64,000 bases of DNA from the NCBI GenBank assembly GCA_963833425.1, contig CAWHXP010000003.1, forward strand, positions 96,001 to 160,000. Direction: 5' to 3'. The notes under the pieces were generated by a model. It worked only from the letters and a program-made list of their open reading frames with translations, had not been told where the DNA came from and did no database searches. The position numbers and the translations under genes are program-made. This DNA is from an uncultured Methanosarcinaceae archaeon. GTDB lineage: Archaea; Halobacteriota; Methanosarcinia; Methanosarcinales; Methanosarcinaceae. Position 1 is the first letter of the stretch. Every line of letters starts with the position of its first letter. Shown one piece after another: positions 34,023-46,568 of this stretch.

Positions 34023-35231
34023 GATAACCCCTTTTTATACTTCTAGTTTAGTAGATAAGTTTGTCAGCTAAAAACTATCATGGTAATATTATTTACATCC
34101 TCAAATTATGCTTTGATAAGCACCTTATGCTTTTAAAATCACCTTTAAAGCTGACAACAATTAATAAATATGTATTTTGTATGCAGATTTATACGGCGAA
34201 TTATACCTTTTTGACATTTTGAAGAGAATAAAAAGCCTTTTTACTTTATGAATAAATTTTTCCCGTTTTCAGCCCAACAACCGATTATTAAATACAAGCC
34301 TTAAAATATATTCATAACTGCTACTAGAGCCAGTTTTATGAGATTGATTGGACGTTCAGTATAGTTTTAGCAATTAAAACCTGTATACGTATATAATTAG
34401 AAGGTTATTCATCTCCAACAATCAATAATGTATTCATACTATTTAAAGTTGTATATATTAAAAATGAATTTAAAAAGCTTCAATTAAGTTAAACGCAAAT
34501 TGGTCTCAAAAATAATCAAGTATCAGAGGCATGATTATACCCTGATTCAAATAAAAAGATTTGAGCTTTATATAAAAAGAGTATTATAAAGTAACTGATC
34601 AATAATTATGAAAATATATTTCTAGAGAAACCTAAACTTCATTTTTATAGAATATAAGTTACATTTAATATTTAAAGTGGAAAAAATAAAGATAAATTAG
34701 ACATATTAAATTGTATACTCTTCTCTAATATCCGGTTATTCTCTAAAAAAAAAAAATGGAAATTAATTTTATTTGCCTGTGTTTACCTTTCAAAGAAAAT
34801 TATAATTCAATTTAAATTTGTGCACTCGTTTAACTAAAAGAAACTATGCTTAATCTTTCCTATCTACTAAGATTAAAGACCTACTGATTTTGATCTTGTA
34901 AAGCTCTGATACATCCATGATGGAAGTAAGTCAAAAAAGTTAATATCTAATCTGCAGTAAATTTTATTAATAGTTTGACAATACCTTTGATAACTCGATC
35001 AACGTTTTAAGATTATTATAAATCATTCTGTGTTAGAGCATCAGGAGTCCTATATCTGATGAATGATACCATCGGATCGAAATTCTGTAGAATCTTGCCC
35101 TATATAGGGTGTTTACCTTATCACAATACAACATCATAAGTTTTGTTATTTTAATATCAACTACAATATTAACTATGAAAAATATATGGGTAAATATTAT
35201 ACTGGACTTCTAAGTATAAGGTAAGATTTTT

Positions 35232-36860
35232 ATGAAAGCTTCTGATCTTTTCGGCGCCCAACTCAAAGAAGAAGGCACATAATATATTTTTGAACTGCCA
35301 GGAGAAGAAAATCTGGACTTTCTAGAGTCATTGAGAATTTCAGAAATCAAACTAAGAGTAACAAGGCATGAACATGCTGCAGCTTTTATGGCCACAACCT
35401 ACTGAAGACTGACAGTAAAACCAGGGATTTGTTTTTCAATTCTGAGATCAGGAGCTACTAACCTGGTCACTGGCGTTGCCCAGGCACAGCATGTAGGTGC
35501 TCCTTTTATATCTATCTCCGGTTAGAAGGCACTGAATAACAACTGGCAGGGTCGTTTCCAGTTGTAGACGTTGCCAGGATGATGAAGCCACTCTGCAAAA
35601 ATTCCTTTGCAATAACTGATCCAGGAATGATTCCTACAGTAATCCGAAATGCCTTCAAACATGCAGAATCTGAAAGGCCAGGAGCTGTGCATATAGAACT
35701 CCCGGGAGATGTAGCTTAAGAAGAAACTGATGCAGTAGTACAAAAGAGAAGCTAAATAGGATTCTTACCCGAATTTAGAGGCCGTGGAGAAAGGTGCTTC
35801 TATGATCCGTGAAGCTAAAAATCCCTTGATAATGGTTTCTTCAGGAGCTAACAGAAAAGGAGTCGCTGAAGAGCTTGGGAACTTTGCCACAAAAACAGGC
35901 ATCTATCTGGTGCATACCCAGATGGGGAAAAGTGTTGTTCCGATGGCTGCATTTACAGTCTCTTTGCGATCGGAATCCATTCCAGAGATCATATCGACTG
36001 TGGAATCGATGGATCTGATGTGATAATCACCGTGGGGTACAACATTGCTGAATATCCTCCCTGTCTGTGGAATGGAAAACTGGATAAAAAGATCATAAAT
36101 TTAGATTTCGTGGGATATGTGCCTGAAAGATACTTTAACCCTACAGTAAAGATCATCGGAGGTGTCACCTCTTCAATCAGAGAACTTGCTGCAAATATTC
36201 AGGAGAAAAGGGAACTCCCTTTCTTTGAGAAGACCAGATATTTCATTGAGAAAAAAATAAATGCTACCCACCCCAAAATATCCTCCTTTGCCACAATCAG
36301 TAGTACACAGTGTCAGAAAAGTGTTCGGAAAGGAAGATATAATCATATTGAACAATGGAATTTATAAGCTGTGGTTTCCCCGCCTTTACAAGACATACGC
36401 CCTAAACACTGTACTTCTTGACAATGCCCCTGCAGTTATTGGAGGAGGCTCTCTGCAGGAATTACCACAAAACTTCTTCATCCTGAACGCCGAGTGCTTG
36501 CAATCTGCGGGAACCGGGGCTTTATGATAAATTGCCAGTAGCTTGAGACTGCAAAGTGTTATGGAATTCCTGTAGTTGTTCTTATTCTTAATGATAATGC
36601 CTTTGGTTTTATCAAATGGGAGCAGAAAAAGAAGCACTTTGAGGATTTTGGATTGGACTATGGAAATCCTGATTTTGCTCTTTTTGCGGAGACTTTTGGG
36701 GCTGCAGGCTTTAAGGTCAGATAAAGTGATAAACTTGCAGAAATTTTGGATATATCTTTTTCCTTAAATAAGTAGCTGTTATTGAATGCCCTATCGATTA
36801 TTCAGCAAATTATGATACCTTGTCGATAGAACTGAGAAACCTTATATGTGAATTCTTACC
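35232..36860 (+). pseudogene. Acetolactate synthase large subunit (TPP enzyme), multiple stops and frameshifts
   Basis: MKASDLF, PGEENLD, TRHEHAAAFMA, ERPGAVHIELP, NGIYKLWF, LNDNAFGFIKWEQ. Confidence 0.85.
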
Positions 36861-37441
36861 CTTTCTCCGCAGATATACACAAAAATTCCGTCTATTTTCT
36901 CAAGATGAAGTAGCTTAAAAATTAATCCAACTTTCAATGAATAAATAATGGCCAAATAGATAAACATATTCATAAACATGAATCATATAACTTTTTTATC
37001 CAGTTATTTAGTAATCCTGGGAGCAGAAGCTCTGAGATTTATCCTATTCTCAAGGTAGTAATAATTTTATCTAACCTCTAGGTAGAGACATCTTGTAGAT
37101 CAGATTCAGCTACAGTAGTTGAGATAGCCTTTAGATTCTCGAATACCAGATATATCATCTCAAAAGGGGATTCACATAATTGAGGCTTAAATAACACTGG
37201 TTTTCCGCTTTATAATCTTTGCCGTAAAAATCAACACGTGTAGATGAATAAAATATGTTTATTAATACATACATAAAGTATTTTCACTGATTTCAAACTA
37301 GAGATGAATCACAAAAAGCACGGAAACACAAGAGTAAGTATACCTGTGAACAATTTTTCCAAGTTTCCTGTGGTTATAAAATTTTCAGTGGCTTTAGTTA
37401 AGTAATTAAGTTAGAACTATACTTTATTCTTAAAAATGCAT

Positions 37442-38554
37442 TTAATTCGAATACTTACTAGACCTTTGAGTAATAATTGTGAGTATATCTTCATCCTGCA
37501 TTCTGTGATCGAGTCCTACTCGCTGTCCGGGATGCTTTGCGGAAGTACCCCATATCAGAGCATAACGGAATTTCCTTCGAAAATCTCTATGCAAGCGATC
37601 ACAGATCTTACCTATATTTGTTCCGCTCATAATTATCAGTGGTTCTTCAACATCTGCGAGCTGGCCCTGCGGTTTTAAATAGACTCGAATGAAACCAAGA
37701 CGATCATAAATTGCATCTTTGAGGGTTTCTATGTTGATTCCTTCATGAGCCGATATGAAGATTGAATTCGGGTATATATTTCTACATTCCTCAATCAGTT
37801 GGGGATAGGCCAAATCAACCTTGTTAACAACTATTAGCGCCCTTACATAACTCCTGTTGTTAAGGACGACATCAATAAGCTGGTCAACTGTTATATTTTC
37901 TCTTATAAGTACATTGGCATTATGAATCTTGTACTCATCCAGTACAGCTTTGATAGTTTCCTCATCCAGGTCAAGTTCAATAGTCGAGTTGATCTCGATT
38001 CCCCCTCTATCTTTCTTCTTTATAATCACATCAGGGATCTCTTCGTCAACACGAATTCCTGCCTGGTATAGTTCGTCCATGAGTACTTCATAATGCTTGG
38101 GTTGGAATACATCGAGCAAAAATATAACCATATCTGAATTCCGGATAACAGAAATGACTTCCTTTCCTCGTCCACGTCCAGAAGATGCACCTTTCACAAG
38201 TCCGGGAACGTCCAGGAACTGGATTGTTGCTCCTTTATGCTCGAGAACTCCTGGGACAACTGTAAGGGTGGTAAAGTCGTATGTACCAACTTCTGACTTG
38301 GCATCCGTGAGTTTGTTAAGAAGCGTGGATTTCCCTACTGATGGGAAACCCACAAGGGTCACAGTTCCATCTCCAGATTTTCTGATTGAGTATCCATCCC
38401 CTCCACCCTTTGAAGATGCTTTTTTTTCCACCTCGTCTCGCAAGCGAGCTATTTTAGCTTTCAACCTTCCGATATGATGGGAAGTTGCCTTGTTGTACTG
38501 CGTCTTGCGAATTTCATCTTCTACTTCCTGTATTTGCTCCTGTATACTGCTCAT
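37442..38554 (-). CDS. DRG/OBG-family GTP-binding protein with TGS domain
   Basis: YNKATSHHIG, GFPSVGKST, YDFTTL, DVPG, NKVD, SAKHPGQRVG. Confidence 0.92.
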   Translation of the reverse strand: MSSIQEQIQEVEDEIRKTQYNKATSHHIGRLKAKIARLRDEVEKKASSKGGGDGYSIRKSGDGTVTLVGFPSVGKSTLLNKLTDAKSEVGTYDFTTLTVVPGVLEHKGATIQFLDVPGLVKGASSGRGRGKEVISVIRNSDMVIFLLDVFQPKHYEVLMDELYQAGIRVDEEIPDVIIKKKDRGGIEINSTIELDLDEETIKAVLDEYKIHNANVLIRENITVDQLIDVVLNNRSYVRALIVVNKVDLAYPQLIEECRNIYPNSIFISAHEGINIETLKDAIYDRLGFIRVYLKPQGQLADVEEPLIIMSGTNIGKICDRLHRDFRRKFRYALIWGTSAKHPGQRVGLDHRMQDEDILTIITQRSSKYSN

Positions 38555-39253
38555 CTGGAACCTGCCGAGTTATGGACTGAATAAATTATTCTTATTTTAT
38601 CCGAAGAAAGAAAACACATAAATAATAATTTCTAAAAACTTTTTTGATCCAAAAACGATACTTCATCTTATTATTTTATCCTGAATAGTCGAATTCAATA
38701 TATATATCTATGGAATAATTTTATTTAATTATCCGAAAATGATAGGAATATTTTGTTAAATTTATATTTTTTAATAAGTATACTAATATTTAAAACTTAT
38801 TGAGAAAGGGGTCCGGAGAAATATCAGAGATAAAATTCATGTGATAGAACTAGAAAAAAAAAAATCAATAGCATTAAACCTTCAACCATCTAGTACTTTA
38901 TTAGTTAATACCAAGGTATTTTCATAATGAATTTCTGAGCTAGCGTAAGCTAATGCAACTACCAGATAGTCAGGAATTATTATTCCAATGTTATGGATGT
39001 GGTGAAGACTGGATACAAAATTAGGATGAGACATGACTGAGATGCGAATCTAACCGCTCCTTGTATGAGTCAGAATGATCTTAGAGATTCTGAAAAGGAG
39101 AATTTTGAAGCTTCATGAGGAGAAGGGAGGGATTATCGCTTTCTTGGAGAACATACAAGCTGTCAGGAAAGGGATTTTCGATATAATATCCAAGCTCGAA
39201 GGATTGAGTGTACTCAACAGTAGTCTCGGTTTCATAAAATAGAGGAAATAAAG

Positions 39254-40255
39254 GATCTGTAGAAATCCTTAATTTGACGCAAATTATTTCTATAACTTTT
39301 TTGTCTATGTTGTATATTATTAATTTAATTTTAATCTCTTTCACTTGACAACGAAATTTCCTTGCCCTAAGTGTTTCTCCTAATTTACTTTAACTACAGA
39401 AAACATTGTCTCCACGATATTTCTTTGATTATATTTAATTTAGTCAAAGACCAGATTCAACTGTTTTCTATATTTCCCCTTCTTTTCTTTCTTTTTCTCT
39501 CTCTTACAGGTATAATTGAATCTGCTTTGATTTCTTCTCTAATTATATAATGTATTTTTTTCTGAATCGTATCCTTTATCCATTACATAACAATCAGACG
39601 TTCTTATCTTGTTTAATTGCCTTATCAGAGCATTTGCATGTTTGATTTCATGGTCTGTTTCTGTTTTTTGACTAATTTTCCATCCCAATATTATCTTTTT
39701 ACTTGTGTCCACTGACATTGAAGTTCTCAGAAAGCTTCGAAGAAGCTTCCCTGTTCTTCTGGAATAATAATAGATTGCATATGAACTCGTAAATCCTGTT
39801 GCACCAATGCTGCAAAAGAGCCATTTTCTCCATATGAGTATAACAGCTTTAGAATCTTTGACAGAAGAAGGTTAAACAGAGAAGATGAAATCATGGTTAC
39901 AAACTTTTGAAGGGTAGTAAAATGTGGAATCTTATCAAGAGCAAGTTTTTCTTTTATATCGCTCATAAGGTCAATAAGTTCTACAAAATCTCGATAGGCT
40001 GTACTAATATACTTTTTCAATAAAACCAGTGCAAGAAGCGGATGCTGAATATAAATGTGTTTTGAATACCTGCAGGAATAAAACTTCAGTCTGAAGACTG
40101 AACAGTTTCAAGGCTGGTATCAACAAATTGAATGTACTTACTAAATTTCAATATCGAATGTTCCTTCGTTTTTAGCGAAAAAATAAGAAAATATTAGAAC
40201 GGAATAGTTATAATACTATAGTGTAAAAGTTCAATTTAGAGCATTTCTACAGAGC
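39254..40255 (-). mobile_element. Second type of IS5/IS4-like DDE element, transposase pseudogene
   Basis: TIRs GATCTGTAGAAAT / ATTTCTACAGAGC. Fragments YSCRYSKH, YRDFVELIDLM, IPHFTTLQKF and VMDKGYDSE. Confidence 0.75.
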
Positions 40256-40448
40256 TGAAATAAAAGCTAAGACTAAAAAATATAGGTTATTTCAAAAATT
40301 TTCGGTTCCAAAATTTATCAGGCTATCAATTCCAAGTTATCCCTTTTACCTCGTTAGCTACAATTAATTTATATTAATTTATCATTCCAAAGTTTACTTA
40401 TCCGATTTTAAAATTCACTAATTATACAAGAGTTTTTTATTAACCATA

Positions 40449-41553
40449 GAGAATTTCGATAAACTCCATGCGCTTGAGCATGGTTGACTTTAAATTTGTC
40501 AATATTTATGTATATTCATGAAAACTCTTACTGATTTTGCTCTTAAAAATAGTATAAACTTCTTGAATCTGTTGGAGATAAGCTTGCTGAAATTTATTCC
40601 TGAATTGATTGGAAAACGTTTCGTATTATTCTTGAGTCTATGTATATTAACAAAACCGTTTCAGAAGGGAGATCTGAAACTGATGTCGTTGTGATGTTCA
40701 AAATGCTTGTTTTACAACAATGGCACAGGCTCTCTGATTTTAAACTTGAGAAACAGTGTATAGATCGAATTTCTTTTAGGAAATTCCTTGTATTTCCGGA
40801 ATACATACCTGACAATACTACTGTATGGCTATTTAGGGAGAGAATTATCGAGAATTTCAAAGAAAATATGGGGAAAGTTGCAAAGCCAACTTGATGCTCT
40901 GGGTTTACCGATAAAGCAGGGAATGATTCAGGATGCTACTTTTATCCATTCAGATCCAGGACATGCAAAAGCAGAGAGATGAGGCAAAAACAAGAAGAAG
41001 CAGAGACGGAACATGGACAAAGAAGAGAGGTAAATCTCACTTTGGATATAAGCTTCATAATATAATAGACAGAGATTATGAGCTGATCAGAAGATTCAAA
41101 ACAACAACTGCGTCAGTACATGATTCGTATGTAGATTTGACAGAGCATACTTTGGAGCAAAAACGAAAGGGTATAATGCAACAATGAAAAGAGCGGTCAA
41201 AGGACATACGTTGGGAATAAAGGATATATTAAGAAATAAGAGAATTAGCTCAAAAAGATTCCAAGGGGAAAGAGTTTATTCAGTAACGAAAGAAATTTTC
41301 AAAGCAGGAAGAGTTTTTGTTACTACTGTTAAAAGAGTAAATCTAAAAATGTTGTGTACGGCTTTTTGTTATAATCTCCATCAATTGAGGACATTGAAAA
41401 TAAAAAAACTATATTGAAGATAGCGGAAGCTATCTTTAAAATCAAAGAATTGAGACTAAGTAAAACCAAAAAGAGGACTTAAATAGAGAAATTGAGGGGA
41501 AGATCTTAGAAATTTCTGCTAAGAAATAAAATCCGAAGTTTATCGAAATCCTC
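40449..41553 (+). mobile_element. IS5-family element, transposase pseudogene
   Basis: Same TIRs as the other two copies. CATA/CATA target duplication. Frameshifted DDE fragments. Confidence 0.9.
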
Positions 41554-41918
41554 CATAGTTTAACAGTACAATTTCCCTTTACTGCGAGACTCAATCTTTT
41601 TGTCAAAAAGCATTAAAATCTTCCAAAATTTCATTCGGATCATCTAGGATGTGTCAGTTTTCAAGCATATTGTATTAAAATATTTTAGATGTATGCCGTT
41701 AATTCCATTTTAGAATTTTCACTATCTAATTTTGTAAACATAATTTAATATTTTTATCCATTATCCTATAATCTATCAAATTCAACATAAAGAATCAGAT
41801 CAAAGTGTAGGTGTAAAACCTCACTGCAAGCAATTGGGAGGTTTAAGCCATCGCTTTGTATCCAATTGGAATTACCCAAAATCAAATCTCCTCATTTTGA
41901 CATATAATTAGTACTATA

Positions 41919-42007
41919 GAATATTTCGATAAACCTCTTATTTTCATGAGTTATTTATATACCTATTATAAGCGTAAGACAAAATTTAAGGTTTTATCGA
42001 AATCCTC
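41919..42007. mobile_element. 89-bp MITE copy
   Basis: GAATATTTCGATAAAC ... TTTTATCGAAATCCTC with a TATA/TATA duplication. Confidence 0.75.
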
Positions 42008-42251
42008 TATAGTCTCTTTGAAGGACAGCAATGGTCACAGTTAGATAAGGACAGCCACATTTCGAGAAAAAAGTATTAAATAATTGTCAGAATAGACATT
42101 TGAAAAATATTTCACTGTGAAATCGCGAAAAGTAAATCTGGTAAAAAGCCTATAATAACAGATATTTACCAAAAAAAAATATTAGTTGGAAGAGTCCCAC
42201 AAAATTTTATTTTGGCCTATTTTCCTCTTTCAATCTTCTGTGCCAGGCCTT

Positions 42252-43130
42252 TTATTTTTTGATGAGTTTACCTGTACTTTGAGTTATTTTTCCAAAAGCT
42301 TCAATGATCCTTTTTGTTATTGGCCCGATTTTGCCTGTGCCAATTGATCTTCCATCAAGTTTGGTCAAGGGAGCAGCTTCAGCTGCTGTGCCAGTAACAA
42401 ATATTTCATCTGCTGTGTAGAGATCAAATAGGCCCAGATTTGCTTCGATGGTTTTGTACCCTATTTCTTCTAGAAGTTCTATAGCTGTTGCTCTGGTGAT
42501 CCCTTTTAAGTTGCTTATTGTGAAGGGGGTGAACACTTTGTTGTTTTTGATAATAAAAATATTGTCTCCTGAGCCTTCGCACACAAAACCATTCTGGTCC
42601 AGGAAGATTGCTTCATCCCCTCCTTTCTCGTTTGCTTCTATCTTTGCCAGAATATTGTTCAGATAGTTCAGAGATTTGATATTCGGGGATAAGGCATCAG
42701 GAGCATTTCGTCGGATACAAACGCTGACTCCTGTGAGCCCGGTCTCATAAAGATCACCATACATAGCTCTCCAAGCCTGAGCTATAATGATCACGTTTGG
42801 CTTTCCACAATTACGGGGATCAAGCCCAAGATCTCCGATTCCCCTAGAGACTATTGGACGGATGTAAGCGTCTTTTAGATTGTTTTTCCTTAGGGTCTCA
42901 AGGATAATCTCAGTCATCTCATCCTTTGTGAGAGGGATATCCATTGCAATTGCCTTTGCTGAGTCATAAAGCCTGTCAACATGCTCCTTTAACTTAAAGA
43001 CACGCCCATTGTATGCCTTTATACCTTCAAACACACCATCACCATAGAGGAAACCATGGTCATAAACCGAAACCTTAGCTTCGGATTTGGGAACAAATTT
43101 CCCATCCAAGTAAATCAGCAATTCAGTCAT
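42252..43130 (-). CDS. ilvE: Branched-chain amino acid aminotransferase
   Basis: [39 protein letters not shown]. Confidence 0.95.
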   Translation of the reverse strand: MTELLIYLDGKFVPKSEAKVSVYDHGFLYGDGVFEGIKAYNGRVFKLKEHVDRLYDSAKAIAMDIPLTKDEMTEIILETLRKNNLKDAYIRPIVSRGIGDLGLDPRNCGKPNVIIIAQAWRAMYGDLYETGLTGVSVCIRRNAPDALSPNIKSLNYLNNILAKIEANEKGGDEAIFLDQNGFVCEGSGDNIFIIKNNKVFTPFTISNLKGITRATAIELLEEIGYKTIEANLGLFDLYTADEIFVTGTAAEAAPLTKLDGRSIGTGKIGPITKRIIEAFGKITQSTGKLIKK

Positions 43131-43568
43131 TTGCGAACAATCCTCTTCAATTTCACCAAATTATAGATTGCATCTGTTTTTAATATTTTCTTCTAACGTT
43201 ATCTCTAAAGCACAATTCTTACAGATAATCTCTTTTTTTCATTTATTCACAGTATCTAAACTTTATGCAGAAATCTTAAATTAATTTGAGGCTTCAGGGA
43301 AATTTCCCCTGCTGATAAATTCATACATAACACGCTGAATACGCGGATAGATACTGAATATATATTACGATTTCGCTTCTACATAAATATTTTAATATTT
43401 TTTATAGTTCACTTCTTACAGATTTGAACAGAAATGTCATCTATTTCCTCAATATGACAACGGATTGAAAATTAATCTGACTCTCAATGATTAAAAGGAA
43501 GTAAATCGGAAAACAAAATATACATATGTATAAATATAGGAAACGTCGGATGAAAACACATAAAATCA

Positions 43569-43717
43569 GGTTCCGTTGCAAAAAATCTGGCTATTTTACA
43601 AAACCAATGAAAAACATCACGAATAGGATATCTAGATGTTATGAACAAGTAAAAAATGATACAAAAAGCAACCATTATAGCCTAAAAAGGCAGTAAAATT
43701 ATTTTTGCAACGGAACC
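43569..43717. mobile_element. 149-bp MITE with perfect 16-bp TIRs (IS6-like ends)
   Basis: GGTTCCGTTGCAAAAA ... TTTTTGCAACGGAACC. Confidence 0.6.
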
Positions 43718-44757
43718 GGTCGTCGAGTAGATTAGATGTATATCGGTATGCTAGTGGCCTATTCCACGCAGATCGAATTGACTTGGCTCGTCGATTTTCG
43801 ATGTCATTATTTATTTCATCCTTAACCTTTTGGTTATTGTTAAATTCTATCCTTACTCAACTCTATTCCCATTAGCTCTGCCCATTAGCACTATCTCCAT
43901 TTAATTTGCCGATGATTTACTGTCAAATTGTATCATTGACTCATTATCATGTGGACTATAATAGAATCAATGCATTAAGGCAATTCTTTATTTAATATAA
44001 CTTTCTGATCTATAAGTTTTCGTTAGTAACCTATTAATCTTCTTTGTAATTCAATAAATATTTGTAATTATTTATAATTAATTATAAATAATATAGTTTA
44101 TGAATGAAAATTTCTTTCTCATAATATATTTTAAAATCTAATACTAATTTAATATTTACTGTAGTTTGATATTTTAGGAAATTTTCACAAAGTTAGCATT
44201 TAACTTTTTTACTAAAAAAGCAATATATACTAACCTCAGATTAAATTTGAAATTTTAAAGGCCTGATAATAGGTATCTTCAACACTATATAGCAAAAGTA
44301 TATTTTTTAAAATATATTGTTATGTCTCTGGGTTATTGATCAAATTTGGTAAATGATTATATCACCCATTTTTGAGAAACTATAGTTTCACTGCAAAAAT
44401 GAAAATCTCAGAATTTTTGCCGATATTTAAAACAGTTATTGTTGTACCAGATAATCCAAAGCTCATGTTTTTCATACTCGCTTACGATAGAACATAATGT
44501 CCATAAGCCGACAGCTGCTTTTATATCCAAGGCCACTAGCATTGTAGCACCGTTTGTGACATTGTTGCAAAAATAGTTATTTTTCTGAGGTTTATCAGCA
44601 AATTATTTTCCCTAATTGACTTGTATTTATAATTCAAATAGAACAACACATTTCTTAAAGAAAACATTCGACCTAATAAATATAAATAAATATTTAAATA
44701 AAATTCATTAACCAGTTAATTGAAAAAATTGACTACAATTTAAAAAAAATTAAGTGT

Positions 44758-45333
44758 TTATATCGCGGTAGATATTTTATGGAAAAATAGCTTGATATAT
44801 CCGAGATAGGGAATCCGGTACTTTGCAGTCCCTATAATCCAACTGTCTTTTACAGGCATATCATAGCTAATCTGCCCTTCCTGGTCAAAGTGCTTGTTGG
44901 TTACAGTATTATCTCCCTTCGTTACATAGCCAGAATATGGGGCAGAAGGCCCTCCTAACCACATAGGTTCTCCCGTTTCTACCCTATACATTGCCCTATG
45001 AATAATAGGGGTTACCCCCTCCAGACCATAGGGACGGTAAAGAATCACATCTCCATAATTTTTAAAGGATTCATATCCCGATTTTTTTCCTTCTTCATTA
45101 GTGGTAACATTCACTCTATCGATACTTTTAACAAAAATAATGTCTCCTATCTGCATATGAGGTTCCATACTCCCTGACTCCACTACAACCATTGGCGTCC
45201 AGAGCCCGAATGCCAGCTTAGAAAGGACCATAAAAGTAATCAGGAAAGCTATGACCGACAAAATATCCTTTCCAAAGGAAACCCAGGTATTTTCCTCCCC
45301 CTGGGTACTGTTTTCATTCTCATTTGTGTTCAT
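44758..45333 (-). CDS. Signal peptidase I (S26B, Sec11-type)
   Basis: TM helix, VVESGSMEP, GDII, IIHR, TKGDN, IPYLG. Confidence 0.9.
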   Translation of the reverse strand: MNTNENENSTQGEENTWVSFGKDILSVIAFLITFMVLSKLAFGLWTPMVVVESGSMEPHMQIGDIIFVKSIDRVNVTTNEEGKKSGYESFKNYGDVILYRPYGLEGVTPIIHRAMYRVETGEPMWLGGPSAPYSGYVTKGDNTVTNKHFDQEGQISYDMPVKDSWIIGTAKYRIPYLGYIKLFFHKISTAI

Positions 45334-45470
45334 AATCAGCCTTTATTCTCTTGATTCTTTTCTTCTGTTGCTGCATAATTTTTCATTTGACCTTACCAAA
45401 ACTGAATATTTATTTGATCAAACTTATATGTTACAGCCCCTAGATTGAGTGATACGACTTCTGGATTATA

Positions 45471-45558
45471 GATGATTTCAATAAACCCCAATTTTGGGTT
45501 GGTCTTGTATAAAGCGTATAAAAACGAGTTGTCAAATAGGAGGTTTATCGAAATTCTT
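45471..45558. mobile_element. 88-bp MITE copy
   Basis: GATGATTTCAATAAAC ... GTTTATCGAAATTCTT with TATA/TATG flanks. Confidence 0.6.
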
Positions 45559-45823
45559 TATGATATATATAACTTACGCAGTCGAAACACATAATTAGCA
45601 GCCTATGACATAAAACTATTCAAAATTACTTACATTTCAAAAATTCGCATGTGCTTTATCGTTGATATCCAACTGTATAAATTCTATGAGTGATAACATT
45701 AATAATTTAATACAGTACTACACGAACTTTTAATCGATGATTTTCAAAAGAAAATCCACATTTTGTGTTTTATTAAAAGATCTGAGTAATATACATGCAA
45801 GTTCTCCAAATAAATCTAGTACA

Positions 45824-45914
45824 AAGAATTTTGATAAGCTTCTGATTTTCACTAGTGATTTGTACATACCATTTATTAGCCTATGACAAAATAGACGAGT
45901 TTATTGAAGTTCCT
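45824..45914. mobile_element. ~90-bp MITE copy (degenerate)
   Basis: AAGAATTTTGATAAGC ... GTTTATTGAAGTTCCT. Internal sequence resembles the copy at 49153. Confidence 0.55.
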
Positions 45915-46277
45915 GTGTAAGACGCGAAGTTTTGAATTTGATGTCTATCAGAATGGCGTTAGAAACATCGAACATAGAACACTATAGGTATATCTTAGAG
46001 TCTCAGGGGCGTCTGTTAACCACTATGCAGACAATAATTTATTAGATATATCCTATACATGTTACTTCTATACTAGTGATTGACAAAGAGATAAGCTGAT
46101 GAAAAAATACATGAGCACCAGGTTCGAGAATTAAATTTCCATGACATATTATCTCAAGAAATAAAAAAGTCGTGTTAGAAAAACTGCTATAACGAAACTT
46201 ACACAATATGTTAGGAAATAAATACAACGAAGTATTTTTTTGTTTCATCTACTCTAAAAATAAGTGTAAGAAGCCTG

Positions 46278-46508
46278 TTATCTTTTCAAAATTCCTACAA
46301 CAGCAAAATTTTTCAAAACTTCATGCCCATGGGGTGCATCATCCATGGTTTTCGTAAGATCCTGTCCGGAATCATGAAGTCCCTGGTGGATGCCATCTTT
46401 CCATAAATAACTATCAGAGATATCATAAATTTGGCCGCTATAAGCCACATAAATTTTTCCATTTTTCCCATTCTGATCCGCAAGTTTTTCAAGTGTGTAT
46501 TCATTCAT
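46278..46508 (-). CDS. Cytochrome b5-like heme/steroid-binding protein
   Basis: YTLEKL...NG, IYVAY.GQIYDIS, H..G.DLT, APHG. Confidence 0.85.
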   Translation of the reverse strand: MNEYTLEKLADQNGKNGKIYVAYSGQIYDISDSYLWKDGIHQGLHDSGQDLTKTMDDAPHGHEVLKNFAVVGILKR

Positions 46509-46568
46509 TTTTATACCTCCATTTTGATATCAATTTTACTTCATGATCACTGAAAGTCTCACCTGCCA

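Noticed and set aside
38950..39250. Coding-like minus-strand fragment cut by the IS at 39254
   Set aside because: I could not assign a family. The listed ORF starts inside the IS end.
41815..41850. Short hairpin AAACCTC...GAGGTTT, and similar hairpins near 4795 and 54115, as IS200/IS605 end relics
   Set aside because: Plausible but too short to separate from chance or terminator hairpins.
45570..45685. Possible third MITE (AACTTACGCAGTCG ... CAACTGTATAAATTC)
   Set aside because: The ends are too degenerate and only one copy is visible in the window.
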